Positions 22,101 through 35,449 of a DNA stretch of 64,000 nucleotides are shown piece by piece. Positions within the stretch are counted from its first letter, which is position 1; every line of letters begins with the position of its first letter. The position numbers and the translations under genes were made by a program. Source of the DNA: Dicyema japonicum (lineage: Eukaryota; Animalia; Dicyemida); assembly GCA_011109175.1 (NCBI GenBank), contig RDEW01000026.1:214761-278760 (forward strand). Reading direction: 5' to 3'. The notes beneath the pieces are model-generated. The model saw nothing but the letters and a program-made list of their open reading frames with translations, searched no databases and was not told the DNA's origin.

Positions 22101-25100
22101 TTATTTGTGCTTTAAAATTAGGATTTGACAGTTTAGATATCAAATACAGACGAAACCCAGGCATTACGTCAACTTCCTTATCACCAACCTTCACCTATTC
22201 AAATTCAGAATTTACACTACCTTATACATACTCCCTAGTCTCACAAAATTTTTTCCAAAATATTATCCAAAATAGGATCAATCTCTTCTTCAACGTTTTC
22301 TATGATCAATGGATGCCCAAAACTCAACGATTCTTCCACTTTCATACGAAAATTTTTATCGTTAAAAGTTGTTTTAATAAATTCATTGTTTTCTTCCATA
22401 TTCTGATAATACAAAATCATACTTTAATCCACCTATGTCCCTGGTCTTGGGGATCAATCAACAAAGGATAACGTAAAGACTTTACAACTATAAGTCCATT
22501 CGAAATTGACAAATTATCACTTGGAAGTCCCTTTAGATTCCAATCTAGAACCTATGAACTCACACAAGTGACTACAGTTGTTGGCAAAACAAGTTTTTCA
22601 ACAATATCCAAGGATAACTCGAGTGGAATTTGATTATTACAAATTTGCGTTATCCAAATATTTTTGAGATAACTTCTAAAGTCATGATTGAATGGTCCAC
22701 AGTAGAAGTAAATGCACTACAGAGAGTAATGTCCCCAATAAGTCTATTTTATTTTATAACCAAACTTTTCAATTTCATCTTCAAAATCCTTTATCTGTTG
22801 AGTCCAACGACCTTTTTCGCCTTCCAGTCCATTAATGAGAATTTGAGCAGTGTTCATTTTATTTCTGCAGTCATTAGCCTCATTAATTAGTCTCTAAACT
22901 ATGAAATAATGATTACTGACCATCTTCTCCCCAACTGCTCTATCATACATTTCTCTAACCACTGCAAGTTCATGTTCCTTCTCGTCCAATTGAGATTGTG
23001 CAGTAGTCAGGTCTTTATTAGCCAATTCCAATCGAGCTTCTTGAATTACTAAATTTTCCTATTATTGGTAATCATTTAATACTTTCAAAGGAAGCACCTC
23101 TTTGTTTATTACGTAAAAATAACACATTGCCTTCGTCCATGACAAAAGTCCGGCCACGTTTCCACACACTTTTCTCGCATTAGTGATGTTATAGTCCTCC
23201 ATTCTCATGTAAGGCTCTAAAAGTTCCACAATTTCATCATTTATTATATCCTTGGCAAAGTTCTGCAGCATTTGAAGTAATGATCCTGCTGACATGAACT
23301 GTACACTATATGACAATTTACCTTCAGGGACTCACTCCATGACAGATTTATGAATTTTTTCTCAGAATTATAGACCACCTGGTTTAATTTCATACGAAAG
23401 AGAATTAAGACACAGTCCATTATTCTCATTATCAAATGTGGAGGTTTTGGAAGTTTTCTGACGGTGGCAATATCTTGAATTTATGGAAAATATAAACCGC
23501 TAGGTTTTATAGTGTTTAAAGCAGCTTCGGCTTCTTCTAATGCAGGCTTTGCTTCTAAAAGCCTCTCTTCTGCTATCTTTCTGTCTTTATCAATACTATC
23601 CACAATATTCTGGGCTTTGTCTTTCACTTTCTGAACTTGAGTCTTGACAACTTCAGCCAATGAAGCTTTTTCTTTAACTTCAATTAAAACCTAAAATTAA
23701 AACAACGATACGTTTTCAGCCTTTTCAGACGCTACAACTAATTCTGCCTCCATTACTTCCAATTCCTTACTTAGAACTTCGATTGCAGATGATGCTTCCA
23801 CTAACTTTTTAATTCCGTCGCTCATTTTTGTTTTTTCGTTTGTGACTTCCCAGAGTTTATCCTTGTACGTTTCTTTAAACAACGTCAAAAAAGAAAAATA
23901 TGATTTTGGAGTCACATGCACTACACGACGAAATCTACATTTTAATAAATTTTAACTTTTTAAAGTATTCTTGTGAACCCTCGACCACCGATTCGTGAAT
24001 AGTACCCATAAGTGAGACCAAATTCTGGAAAGTTTTATTGGAACAGTTTAATTCTTTAAAATCCTTCAAATAACGATTGGCGACAGAAAGCAAGGCATTC
24101 TTGGGCCAACTGTGAAACCAAACAACAGTACATCCGGATATGAGACCGGAGAATCTTAAAGATCTAACTCTCAGAGTGTCCCCAGCCTAATTTGATATCC
24201 AAATTAAAATACAGGAGAAAAGCATAATGCTACATGCAAATTCTTTCTTACTCTGTGCATAAAGTATTCACGAAGGCTATTAAGGGTAGGTACTCTCTTA
24301 GGGAACTCCTTCCTCATTATGTGGGTCAGGTTACTGTTTATTTCTACAACTTCTTCAGATGTGAATAAATCGGAAATCTAAAATTGATAAATTGAAATAT
24401 TTACAGTTCCACAAGATAACATGTTGTTTATTGGCTCTAGAAAAGTCTCGTCTTTAATATCTGTTTCAGAAAAAATGAAAGTGATGCCTCTCCCATCCAA
24501 GCCTGCAACCAGGTAGAGTACTTTCAAGTCTTCCATGAGGTCAGTTAAACCATAAGATCTTAAGTAAAAGGAAAACAGAACCTGGATAGGGAGATTTGAT
24601 AAGTTTTATAACCTGCTATAAACGATGCCAATTTGGTTAAAGACTTTCGCCCAGATCCATCAATTCCGACAAGGAGAATGTGTCCTCTCTCTAGTCTCAT
24701 TATTCTTGATATTTTTATTATATTAGTTATGGCTTCATCAAAGAAAACCAAGTCAAGGCCGGATCCACGAATTGTCTCATTATAACTACACATTTGTATT
24801 TCAAGGTTCTCCCTGAGAATGTTAATATCATAAATCTTAAATTACAGGAATAAATACAGGAATATATGGCAAACATAACTCAGAATCAAGGTCATCATTT
24901 CCCTCATATTCAGAACTAATGTAGAAATAAGAGGATAACTTGATAAAATTAGCAAAATAGACATCATCTACAAGTTTTAGGTCTCCAAACTCGCTGGCAA
25001 TTGCTGATGTCAAAAGATTAGAAAACCATTTGCATTCATCCTTGTTGATAAATCTGTTTTAATATTTTCTATTACCTGTCTGCAAACACTCTCATACATT

Positions 25101-28100
25101 CATGTCTCCACAAAAGTAGTAGATTTTCCTTATTTGTTACAACGTCTGGGGTGGAACAGGTCAATCCTTGCCAAATCCTCGACAAATCACGGAGGTTGAA
25201 CACATAGTGGAATTTAGCAGGGGAAGGAAGCATTTTATTCTAAATTTGAAATCCTCGGATGTACTTTGAGTGATTCCCATACATTTCTAGTCATCACAAT
25301 GACTTTATCGATTGAAGTGAGAATATCCTTAGAAAATTTCCGCCCTTCAGTAAAGTAGGTATTTGCTATCGTTTTAAAAATTTTGTCTATAGACATCTCC
25401 GTTGGTAAACATGCATTAAAGATACAAAACTGTCGTTTCAACCTCTCAGGGATATCATTTCGACCTCCTCCAGGAGAGATCATTGAACATATAAACTATA
25501 TAACAAAATCACCATACCTGAATATCTACAATATTGCAAAATATTCCAGGCTTATCTAAACTGTAGAAGCCACCTGTTTCCATGAGCTGCCGTGTGAGTT
25601 CATTTGTGACTTGATCCCCCCATTCATTAATTGAAGGCATATTGATATCATCTATGAAAAAAGTCATCTTCTTTCCACTGGGAGGGCCATATGTAGTTCC
25701 TACGCGTTTATCGACGTTTGTTTCGATCACTCTCTAAAGTTAAGTTCAAAATTGACAACTTGGAATATTTGAGGCGTTGTATAGTATGAAAAGTTAACTG
25801 TGGTCACAAAATGACTCTCTGGGTCGTGCTTGCTCAAATATGAGTTAATTGTGACTGTTTTGGCTGTTCCTTGGTCCCCAGTTAAGAGAACTCCCTTGCC
25901 TTGAATAGCTATTAGTCCAATCAAATATTCCATTCTAACACTGTCCAGATTGGGAACAAGTATTGAGTTATATTCATTAAAATCAGTCGTCAAAACAATT
26001 TTATTTTCCACAATATTTTCAAAATGCTTCCATTCACACATTTCATTAATAAAATATTCAAAAATTGACGAATCAGACAAATCTAATGTAGGCAAGTCCA
26101 AAGATTTGTAATAATTTTTCATAATAAATTGACTGAGTTTATTTCTGTCCTCGTTATTCAAAAGACTCCCAAAACTCCAAATGATTGAAAAAGTGCATAA
26201 TCGTTTAAATGTCCAGGAAGAGTACATTTTAGTATCCTGTCGAATAAGCAATCCATCAAAGATATCACAAGCCTAAATATTCATGAAAATGACCTGTCGG
26301 AGAATGAAAGACTCGTAAATTGGGATTTTCAAGTGTAGTTGTTTATTCGTATATTCAAAAATTCCATGAAAGCAATCATTAAAACAATCTGCAATAACCT
26401 TATTTTCTATCAAAGTGTTTTTACCAAGCCAACTCTTAAATTTATAATAAATTAAAACCTGAAATTGGGGTTCCCAACCAAGACCTAATGAACTAAAGTA
26501 AACAATTCCATTTCTTGAAACGGTCGCTGGTGAAGCATTATCAATGTTGTGGACTTCAAAAATTAACTTACAATTCGGAGACATTGGAATTCTATCACCA
26601 TTTGCCAATGTTAGTGTCTTGTTGTCATCCAAAACAGAATTAAGGTTCTCGATCCACAACGAATCAACGGGACCATCCAGAATAATCCAAAGATATTCGC
26701 CTTTTTTAATATTGCTAGCTTTTCTCCACAAAGTTGAAAAAATTCCATCAGTCCAGTCATTAGTTGATACATTCAGTTTTCCAAACATCTGAGATGATGT
26801 TATGGCTTTTGGGTTCATTTTATAGTCTCTATAAATATTTCCATTTGTCGACAAAGCCTTCATTAGGACTTCAATACAACTACTCTTTCCTGTTCCACTC
26901 GACCCCAAAGTAATGATCCCATGCCTCACCATTTGAGTCTCATTAAGCTGAGGATAAGACAATTTAAAACCTGAAATATTTTGTTGACCCAAGGTTGGTG
27001 GTAAATATATTTATTATTCGTAATTACCTCTCTGATAGAATTATTTAGGTAAATGTTTTCATTTTCTTCCAGAGTTAACGAAGGGAATAGTCCTGTGATT
27101 AAAGATTTAAAAAGAGGTTCATCAGCATCCACCAATTTGGACAAATTCATATCAACCAATCCTTTCATAACTACAATTTCCTCAGCCTTATCTGGGTTAG
27201 ATCTCTTTGAAGTACCCAAAGTCCGCAGAACTGAAAGCATATTTCTCAACCCAAAATCATAATGGACCTGCATTATTAAGAGACTACTTGTTTAGACAAC
27301 AACTCTTCACATAGTTTGTAAAGAGTGAAAAACTTTCGTGCAAGGTCTATGTTATGGATGAATCCAATTGAGGCCAACTTAACCCGAATTATTATTTGTC
27401 TGTCGGGAATCATCATGGAAATTGTTCGAAATTAATTTTTAGATTTTCTGGGAGTTCCTGTCGACCAGCGTAACCGGGATTCTATAAATAATCAAAATCA
27501 TAAACCATCGTCAAGAAAATTCCAAATTCGTAGTTAAAATTGACAACATCTCCATCTGTGAATATTAACATTTTTTTCCTTTTCTTTTTAAAGTTGAGAA
27601 CCACAGATATTTGTTGGGCAGCCACAGACAACACAGAAAGCTCAATTCTGTTAAACTCATCAAAACAGCCCCAAGTGCCTGACATGGCCAAACCTATAAA
27701 CTATAAAACTAAGTTTAAAAACCTTTAAATATCCTCCCAAGTCCAATATAGTCCATCTGATCAGAACAATTGAACACAACAACGTATTTTCCAATGCAAT
27801 GCCCCATATCTTTGGTTGTTTCAGTTTTCCCAGTTCCAGCAGGTCCAGCGGGGGCAGCACCCATTGAAAGTCTAATTGCCTGTGCGATCGTAATATAACA
27901 TCTTTAATAAAAGAAATCAGAACCTGTCCGTAAGTGGAGTTACTACAAGACGTTCAGTACACCCAAGATATTCATTTTGATAAGTAAAGTTAACATCAGT
28001 TATGGAAATGGAGCATGTCTTTGTGTTGCTATCAAAATAAAAACGAGTCTGTTTAGTCCATTCAAAATCACTAATAGACCTTACATTAGCACGACACTAA

Positions 28101-31100
28101 TAATAATGATATTGTATACCAATCCATCAAAAATATCTTTTTGGTGTACTTGGATAGTGATAAGAGTTTCAAACTTTGTCCTTTCATTCTTGGAAAGATC
28201 TTTTGTGGTTTGTGAAATTAATTCATTCAACAATTCTAGGAAGTATCGATTTGTATTTGACATTATTTTTTTGTCCTGTTTTGATTTATAAATGGAAACA
28301 GCAGAATCCCTTGTCCATATCATTTCAAGTCCGAGCAACCCAACCTACAATTATCAAACAATTACCTGAGAAGGAAACCTTTCCAAAAACTCTAGAATTT
28401 GAAAGTTCGGCTCACTAATAGCATCGTAGGCTGAGGCAATAATCTCCATTATTGTAGAATGTGACACGTTTAAGAGATCCTGGAGCCAATTTTCTACATT
28501 TCCTTCAGCCTTTACATACTTTTTGAGCTTAAAGTAATAAAATTATTTTACCATTACTTCTTCTCCCTCAGAAGAAACAACTCCCAAAATATTGTCATAG
28601 TATTTTTTGCTAAATATTACAGTTTTTGTGTTATCAAAGACGGAGATCAGGTTGTTTTGGATTGTGTGACTGTCACTAGCTTTCCCCAAAATTTCAAGCA
28701 AGAGAGCGTCAGAGACAAAACAAAATCTGGGAAAACTCTTTCGTTTGCTCTCAAGATATCTTTACTCATGCAAATATTTACCCGTACAAAGATTTTCTAC
28801 AAATTTCCAGCTGTTCGGTCATGTGAGTGAACACATCGCCAAGACTTTCATCAAAACAGCAAAACTCCACAACCAATCTTATCTCACGTGCACGTGTCAT
28901 AAGTTTATTCCATGTTTTGTCAACATTGATGAATCTCTTGGACTCCTATTAATGATTTCAAATGACTTTACTCACAATTGGTAGCTGCCTTGCAATATCT
29001 CCCCCAATAAACACGGATTCAAGGTACAACCACAAATTTTGAAGATTAAGCCATTTATCGAGCAATTCAGAAACCTGATTTAAATCCTTCTGCCACTTTT
29101 CACATTTTTGTTTGAATGGTTCATTATACCTTCAAAATTAAATAACTCAAACCTGTTAGTGACTAATGAGTTAAGAATCAATAGGGTGTCCTCGAGTGAT
29201 TCAGTAATCTCATCTGTAGTCTCACCTTTTAGGAGTAGTTCTCCACGTGACTTAAATTTGTTAAATTCAAATTCTTTGAGATTCCATTCTAATATAATCT
29301 TTTTCAGTTTTGTGTCGATTTCTTTCTCCTTTTCAGCAGCAACGTAAATGTCCTAAGCTTTATTTAAAGAAGACTTGTATTGTTTCTTTGTACATGTTAA
29401 TATTCAAGTCGATTAAAGTTTTTATCACAAATTCTTCATCTTTAGGATCCAGATTAGTGCCCAATGTCGTTGATATCTTCTCCCAATGTCGTTTTAATAA
29501 AGCTTTGCTCGACATCATTTCTATCAACGGCAGGATTTCGTTGAGATCATCTATCCTCTTTTTAATTTCAACATATGCATCACAGTCCTTAGCTCCAAAG
29601 GGAAGACGTCGAAGCCTAAATAATTATTTAAACTCACCTGACTTGAAATTCCTGTATTGTGTCCAATATCATGGCTGGTTTCAACTCCTTCCACCGGATG
29701 TTGTTTAGATGATAAATATAATTATTCACGTCATTGTATAATGTAAATATTTTCTCTAGCATAGAAAGTTCTTTCTTTATTTTTTCCAATTTTGGACGTT
29801 CTGACTTTTCTATACCAAATAATTCCTGTTCTCCACAATAAATGCTGTGTCGACGATAAATAGATTCAAAGTTAGACAGAACCAAAATTAAGATATCAGA
29901 CACTTCAGTGGGGGTCTTGCCTTTAGTCATAGGGCCATTCTTAAAATTAGTCAGACTTTAACCTTTTCGTAAGACTCGTAAAATTTATCACATTCACTTT
30001 CAAGCAATGAGATATTTTTGTTTAACTTTTGATGGAAAATGGGGGCTGCTTCTAATAAGCGGTCAGTCGTCGATTGTTCAAGTTCCTTTAATTTGATCCA
30101 AAGATATCTTAGTCCTTCAACCATTTCCATTTCATGGTGGGGTATTGCGAGATTCTTGCTCAACATAGAGTAAGCCTCCTTGAAGTAAAGCTACAACAGT
30201 AATGCCTCAATGGGTCCTATGGTCAGCTCTATATACGATTCCTTTTCTCTGATGAGGGCCATTCTTCTCATTATTGAACGAATATCATCGACCTCTTTGA
30301 ATGAAAGAGACAAAATTTTGATTGAACTGTTAAAAAAGATAGAAAATTCTTCAGCCATTGACTTGAACTTTTTGTAGAATTTTGAGCACAAAAGCAATGA
30401 CTTGTCGCCCATATATTCATTCAATTGTATTTTAAGGAAATCTAATATTACAATAAAATTACAATTATCAATTTCAAAAGGAAAACTCAGAATTGTGTCG
30501 GGAATACAACAAATTGTGTGTTTTATTTCATCTATTCTGCACATATTTGTATGTAATTCGTGATGTAGTAAGTTTTCTCCACTCATTTCCTCATTGAAAG
30601 TGGTTATTATTTGAGTAATAAAGTCATCCTCAAATTGTTTAATGTAATCTCCCAAAACCTACAAATAAGTTTAAGCTAACGTTTGCTGATTTGTGTATGT
30701 TATTCTGAAATTCGTGAGTAATCTTGTTCATGTCCTTGTGGTTTTTTACATAATAGTAGCATGTAGATATATCTTTCACGTCAATCCCACTTTCAAACGC
30801 GTATTCAGGCTAAACTTTAAATTCTAAGTACGCTAATTTTATCAAAGAATTTCCAAGTATCTATATTCTGTAAACTTTCCACAATTTCATACACAATTGA
30901 TATCAGGGAAGACTTTATAGTCTGAAAATTCGAAGAGGGGACAACTCTCCCTTCTTCCAGTCTGAGTTCTAACAAAATTAGTGGAGATTTTTCAAGATCT
31001 TCTAAATTCCTAATACTTTGGCCTGATTTATAATCTTGTCTGATGTAATGTTTCACATATTCTAGAGACTGCTTAAAGGACTTGAACAAGCACTCCATGG

Positions 31101-34100
31101 TTCTTCTATGAAAGTGAACCATAATCATTGTCCTTTCAAAATTTACTTCTTCCTTTTTCTTGTTGTTTTTCTTTACGTCCACCAAAGGTTTGATAACACA
31201 GTCGCAGTAATTATCAATAAACTCCATCAAAGTTGTACCAACAGACTCGTACTTTATTTTGAACAGATTTATGACATTCACCAGGTTTTTCTCGCAAATA
31301 AATGAAAATTACCTTAAATTTATTTTTAAACTCCGAGAGTGTCAAAGTCTCCTTCAAGTTAATGTTTATGAATAAGGTTGAGAGAATACTGTCCAAGTTA
31401 TTGCAAATTCTGTGCTGATTGATACAAGTAACATCATTTATTAAGTTTAGAAATTGATTGATCACATAATCAACCTCATTAAGATAACTAAATACAGGGA
31501 ATTATATACTTTTGCAGATTTAGAGAATTCCAGAATATTGAAGTGATTCCCTTTTCGATGACTTTGTCGACAATCTCAAAGTTCCAGAAACCGAAAAAAC
31601 GGTAAAACTTTGGAATCTTCATGCAGCAATTATTATAGCAGTCCACCAGCAACTACAATTGACTTATTAGGCTGACCTTCACACGGTAAGATTCCTCATG
31701 TACCATTTCCGATGATTTAAATGCGTTATAAACAAACAATGGGAGATCAGAATATATTTTGGTCATAAAATTGTAGTCCTTGAATATTTCCCAGTTTTGT
31801 TGATTAAAATTTAAGTAAAGTCTTTTGTCTTCCTGATCTCTATAGAATATTGTCGATGAATCCATTTGAGAGACTGACTCAACCTGCAAATCAAAACAAA
31901 CCCCGACCATTGTGAGCCACTTTTGTTGATAATAACACTCATAATCTGCTAGAACTTTCATCAAATAGTTGTGTCTCGATATTATAGAGTTGTATTCCTG
32001 TAACGTAAAATATTCTTTTGTTAAGATTATGGCTTGGATGGAATTCTCTGTTTTATTTAATAGATTTCGGACCCAAATAATTCGACCTGAAAATGAAAAA
32101 TCAACAAACCTGTGAAAAACGAAGAAAGTCGATCCAAATTTGGGTTTTTGTTTTCATTTTTGTAGACATTTTCGACGTATTTGAGTATGTCTTGCACTAC
32201 GCTTAGAATTTTGCCCTTTGCCTTTTCAATGTTCAAGTTGGGTAAGTTAAGGGACGAAAATACAGTCAAATAGTGAATAATCTGTTCCACAGACTTGCAT
32301 TTGTCAAGAATACTTACGGCCGCCTGGGAAAACGAGTCCTTTAATAAATCATGGATTTACGTCGAAAATTAAAATATTTTTCTTGAGGACTGAAAAGTTG
32401 GTCTCAAACTGTTTATCACGGAAATTTAGAGGTGATGAATTTGACCGTTTGAAACTATTTACAGTTCCATACAGGTTTTCTGTGATTCCAGCGAATCCTA
32501 GGCTTCCAAATAAGAATTACCATCTAATTTTATATCCGCCAATTTAGCATAATTCTGTATAATTTCGATCACTTGGGTGATCATTTCCACTCGTCGGTTA
32601 AGAGAGTCGATTTTTGTGAAAATTTCATTCTCTGAAAAGGTAGGAGAAAATAAAAGAAACTAAAATTTATGTAAAGGCTACTTGTAATTTTACTTTATTA
32701 AATGATTCCCGGTAATTTATAAATACTTTTCTACATTTATCCAATTTTAAGAGCAAATCCTTATTTTTGTGGTTCCAAATAGATTCGTCACAGTCTGTAA
32801 GCAAATAGTCTTTTAATGATGAAATGGTTTGATTTGTGACCTAAAATTAATTTTAATTTAAAAATATTTTATTAAAAATAATTTTACTTTAATTAAAATA
32901 GAATTAATATTTGTCTTATAATACTCCGAAGCCGTTTGAGTGTTGACAAGGGCATTCATTAAAGGTTCATATTGTGTCATGAATTTGTCCTTTAAATAAA
33001 ATAACATAATTTTACAATATTTTTAGAATATAAAAAATTAAAATATTTGTCCAGAGCCTGCAAAAACTGAATATTATTGTTTGCTAAGGAAATTTGCTTT
33101 GAAATGTCGTAATAAATGTTTTTCCATTTCTTAACATAAAATTTAAAATACTTTCAATATTTGTGATTTTGATGAATGTAATGCTTGTATTGCTCCTGAT
33201 ATTTTTGGGTCTTCAATGAACTCAAAAACAGTCGAAAATTTGCAATAAAACTTCATCCAAAAAAAAATTTCATCCTTTGGGCCAAATTCGTCGTTTTCTT
33301 GCCTGATTTGCTGAAAAAGATTCAAAATCTAATTTCCATCAAAATTTACTTGTTTAATTTTAGTGATCCATCTAAGCACATTTTTTTCTACACGAGTGAG
33401 TAGTTGCTGATCAACAAAACGTGAGTAATCGATTTTAAGGTCATTTAAAGATTCATCAAAATTCAATTGGAATCTTTCATTTAGGTAGACCTTGGCGTCT
33501 AAACTGACTATGATATTTCACTTTTTAAGCATGTTAATGTTAGATCAACTGAGGAAAGCATTTGGTCAGTGATTTCTGACTTATCTCCCCCAAAGTAATC
33601 AGTGGTTATGTTTCCTATTATGGGGACTTTGTAGACTTGCTCAAAGATCTGTTGTAATTCATCTAATGATTCCCCTCCTTCGTGCATATTTGCGAGTGTA
33701 ACCATGAAAACGATCTAAATTGACAGAATATTTAATGACATTTGTAAAATATTTTAAAATTACCTTCATAATATTATCAGAATTCAAAGGAACGGAGAGA
33801 TCCCTTCGAATGAAGCAAATGCACTCGCTCTGTCTTATGTTTTTATCAAATATTGAAATTTTTTTGGTTTCTACACTTACTGAATAACGTCGTGGAAAGT
33901 TAGTGCTTGAATCAATACCACCTATCGATCACGGTAAAATTAAAACTTAGTTCATCTTGAACTGAGTCATCGTGGTTGTAACTGACAAAAAGAGATCTTT
34001 GACCTCCGTCTATGAATCTGTTCAGATTTGTGAGCTATGATACCTTAAAGTCTAAAATACCTCAATGTCAAAACAAAATGCATTTTTCACCACAGAAAGG

Positions 34101-34275
34101 TCGACTTGGAAGAAAAAGGCTATCAAATTCATAAAATGGCAGTGAATGTCAGTAAAGGAAGAAAGTCTTTCATTTCTGATTTCTTTAAACTACTGTTTAG
34201 ACATTAAATTACCCTTTCGAGATTCAGTAGGCTTGACCTGTTTATAAGTCCATGGCGAGGTTGCAAGTTAGCCAT
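19104..34275 (-). CDS. DNAH5: Axonemal outer-arm dynein heavy chain, gamma type (DNAH5/DNAH8 orthologue), many tiny introns
   Basis: AAA1 [15 protein letters not shown] and [15 protein letters not shown]2 [11 protein letters not shown]3 GDQGTAKT (gamma-type). AAA4 [10 protein letters not shown]-terminus [15 protein letters not shown]-terminal DHC_N1 (GPKDEIFFW). Probable start MANLQPR at 34275. DNAH5 versus DNAH8 cannot be resolved here. Confidence 0.92.
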
Positions 34276-34423
34276 TTCAAAACTAATAATTAAATTTTTT
34301 AAGGTTGATTTAAAAATTTATTTATAAAAATTTTAATATTTTAATAATTAAATTATTATTAAAATCTTTTATAATTTTTCTTACTTTACATGCCTAATTA
34401 GTTTTTTATGGTCAATTAATCTT

Positions 34424-34725
34424 AGCCCGGTGGCATAGTGGTTAGGTGTCGGGCTAAAGTGGCTTAAGTTATAGGTTCTGTTCTCGCTGCTGTTCACCTG
34501 GTGGAGGGTTCCACGCATCTACGATGCTAAAAGGGTTTGACGAGTGACACCGTAATTAGTGGATACTCACTGAGGAACTGATTGTCTAGAAAGGACCCAC
34601 ACAAGAAAAAAAAGAAGTGAAGATCATTCCTTGGTTCTACGATTAGTTAAAATTAACTGTTCTTACTTAAAGTGTGTGTCCTGCCTATGCGGAGCTATAA
34701 ATATTATGTATCTCATGAAAAGGCT
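34424..34725 (+). mobile_element. tRNA-derived SINE family 1, full-length copy with RTE-derived tail
   Basis: A-box TGGCATAGTGG, degenerate B-box and a shared central core. The 3' end ATGCGGAGCTATAAATATTATG matches the RTE 3' end at 3468-3501. Confidence 0.8.
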
Positions 34726-35449
34726 ATTATATATATAATCTTTGGTGGGACACATGTCTTTTTGCCGAGTTATGATTTATATTTTTAATAGCTATATTAG
34801 TAGCAATCATACTAGTTTCCTTTTAGGATCAAGAAAATGGAAACATACTACGTAGTTTGTGGGAAAATAAATCAGCAGCACTACATTTTGTTTAATATTG
34901 TTGGTTTTGTGGTAATAAATAATTTATTTTTGAATACTTACCCTATATTTTGGTATGATTTTAAGGAATTAAAAATATCTCGCCAATGCTTCATTCTATT
35001 TTTATTGACTTGTATAAACAATCAGAAATACTACTTAGTTTATGAATGCTTTTTGGTTTACTTTTCATAAATCATAATTTACTAATAATCTTCTACTTTG
35101 ATTCGTTGAAAACCAATTATCAGAGTTCCAATATTTTTAATTTGTCTAATTCATTAATTCTTTAGGATTTTACTAACTAATGAATAATTTCTGGCCAATC
35201 TCAAATTCTAAGCATATGAGGGACGTATTCTCAGCTTTTGGCTGATGATCAGGATTGCAACAGAGAGTATTCCTAGTGGTTGGTGCAATGGTCTTAACAT
35301 AGTGAACAGTGTTGTTACAAATCATGATTTTTATGAATTATGATTTTTATTCGGCGAAACAAAGTAAAATAAAAACAATAGAAATCGTATTTATTTAAAA
35401 GCTTGTAAACAGACAAGTTTGGCAGCTTTTTCAATTCCAAGCCTATTTC

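Noticed and set aside
19104-34275. Alternative genetic code to explain the fragmented dynein ORFs
   Set aside because: At the junctions I traced, the stops fall inside tiny GT-AG introns, and the genes end in TAA or TGA. Not every junction was traced.
34424-34495. tRNA gene
   Set aside because: No complete cloverleaf, a degenerate B-box, and it continues into a repeated body. It is a SINE head.
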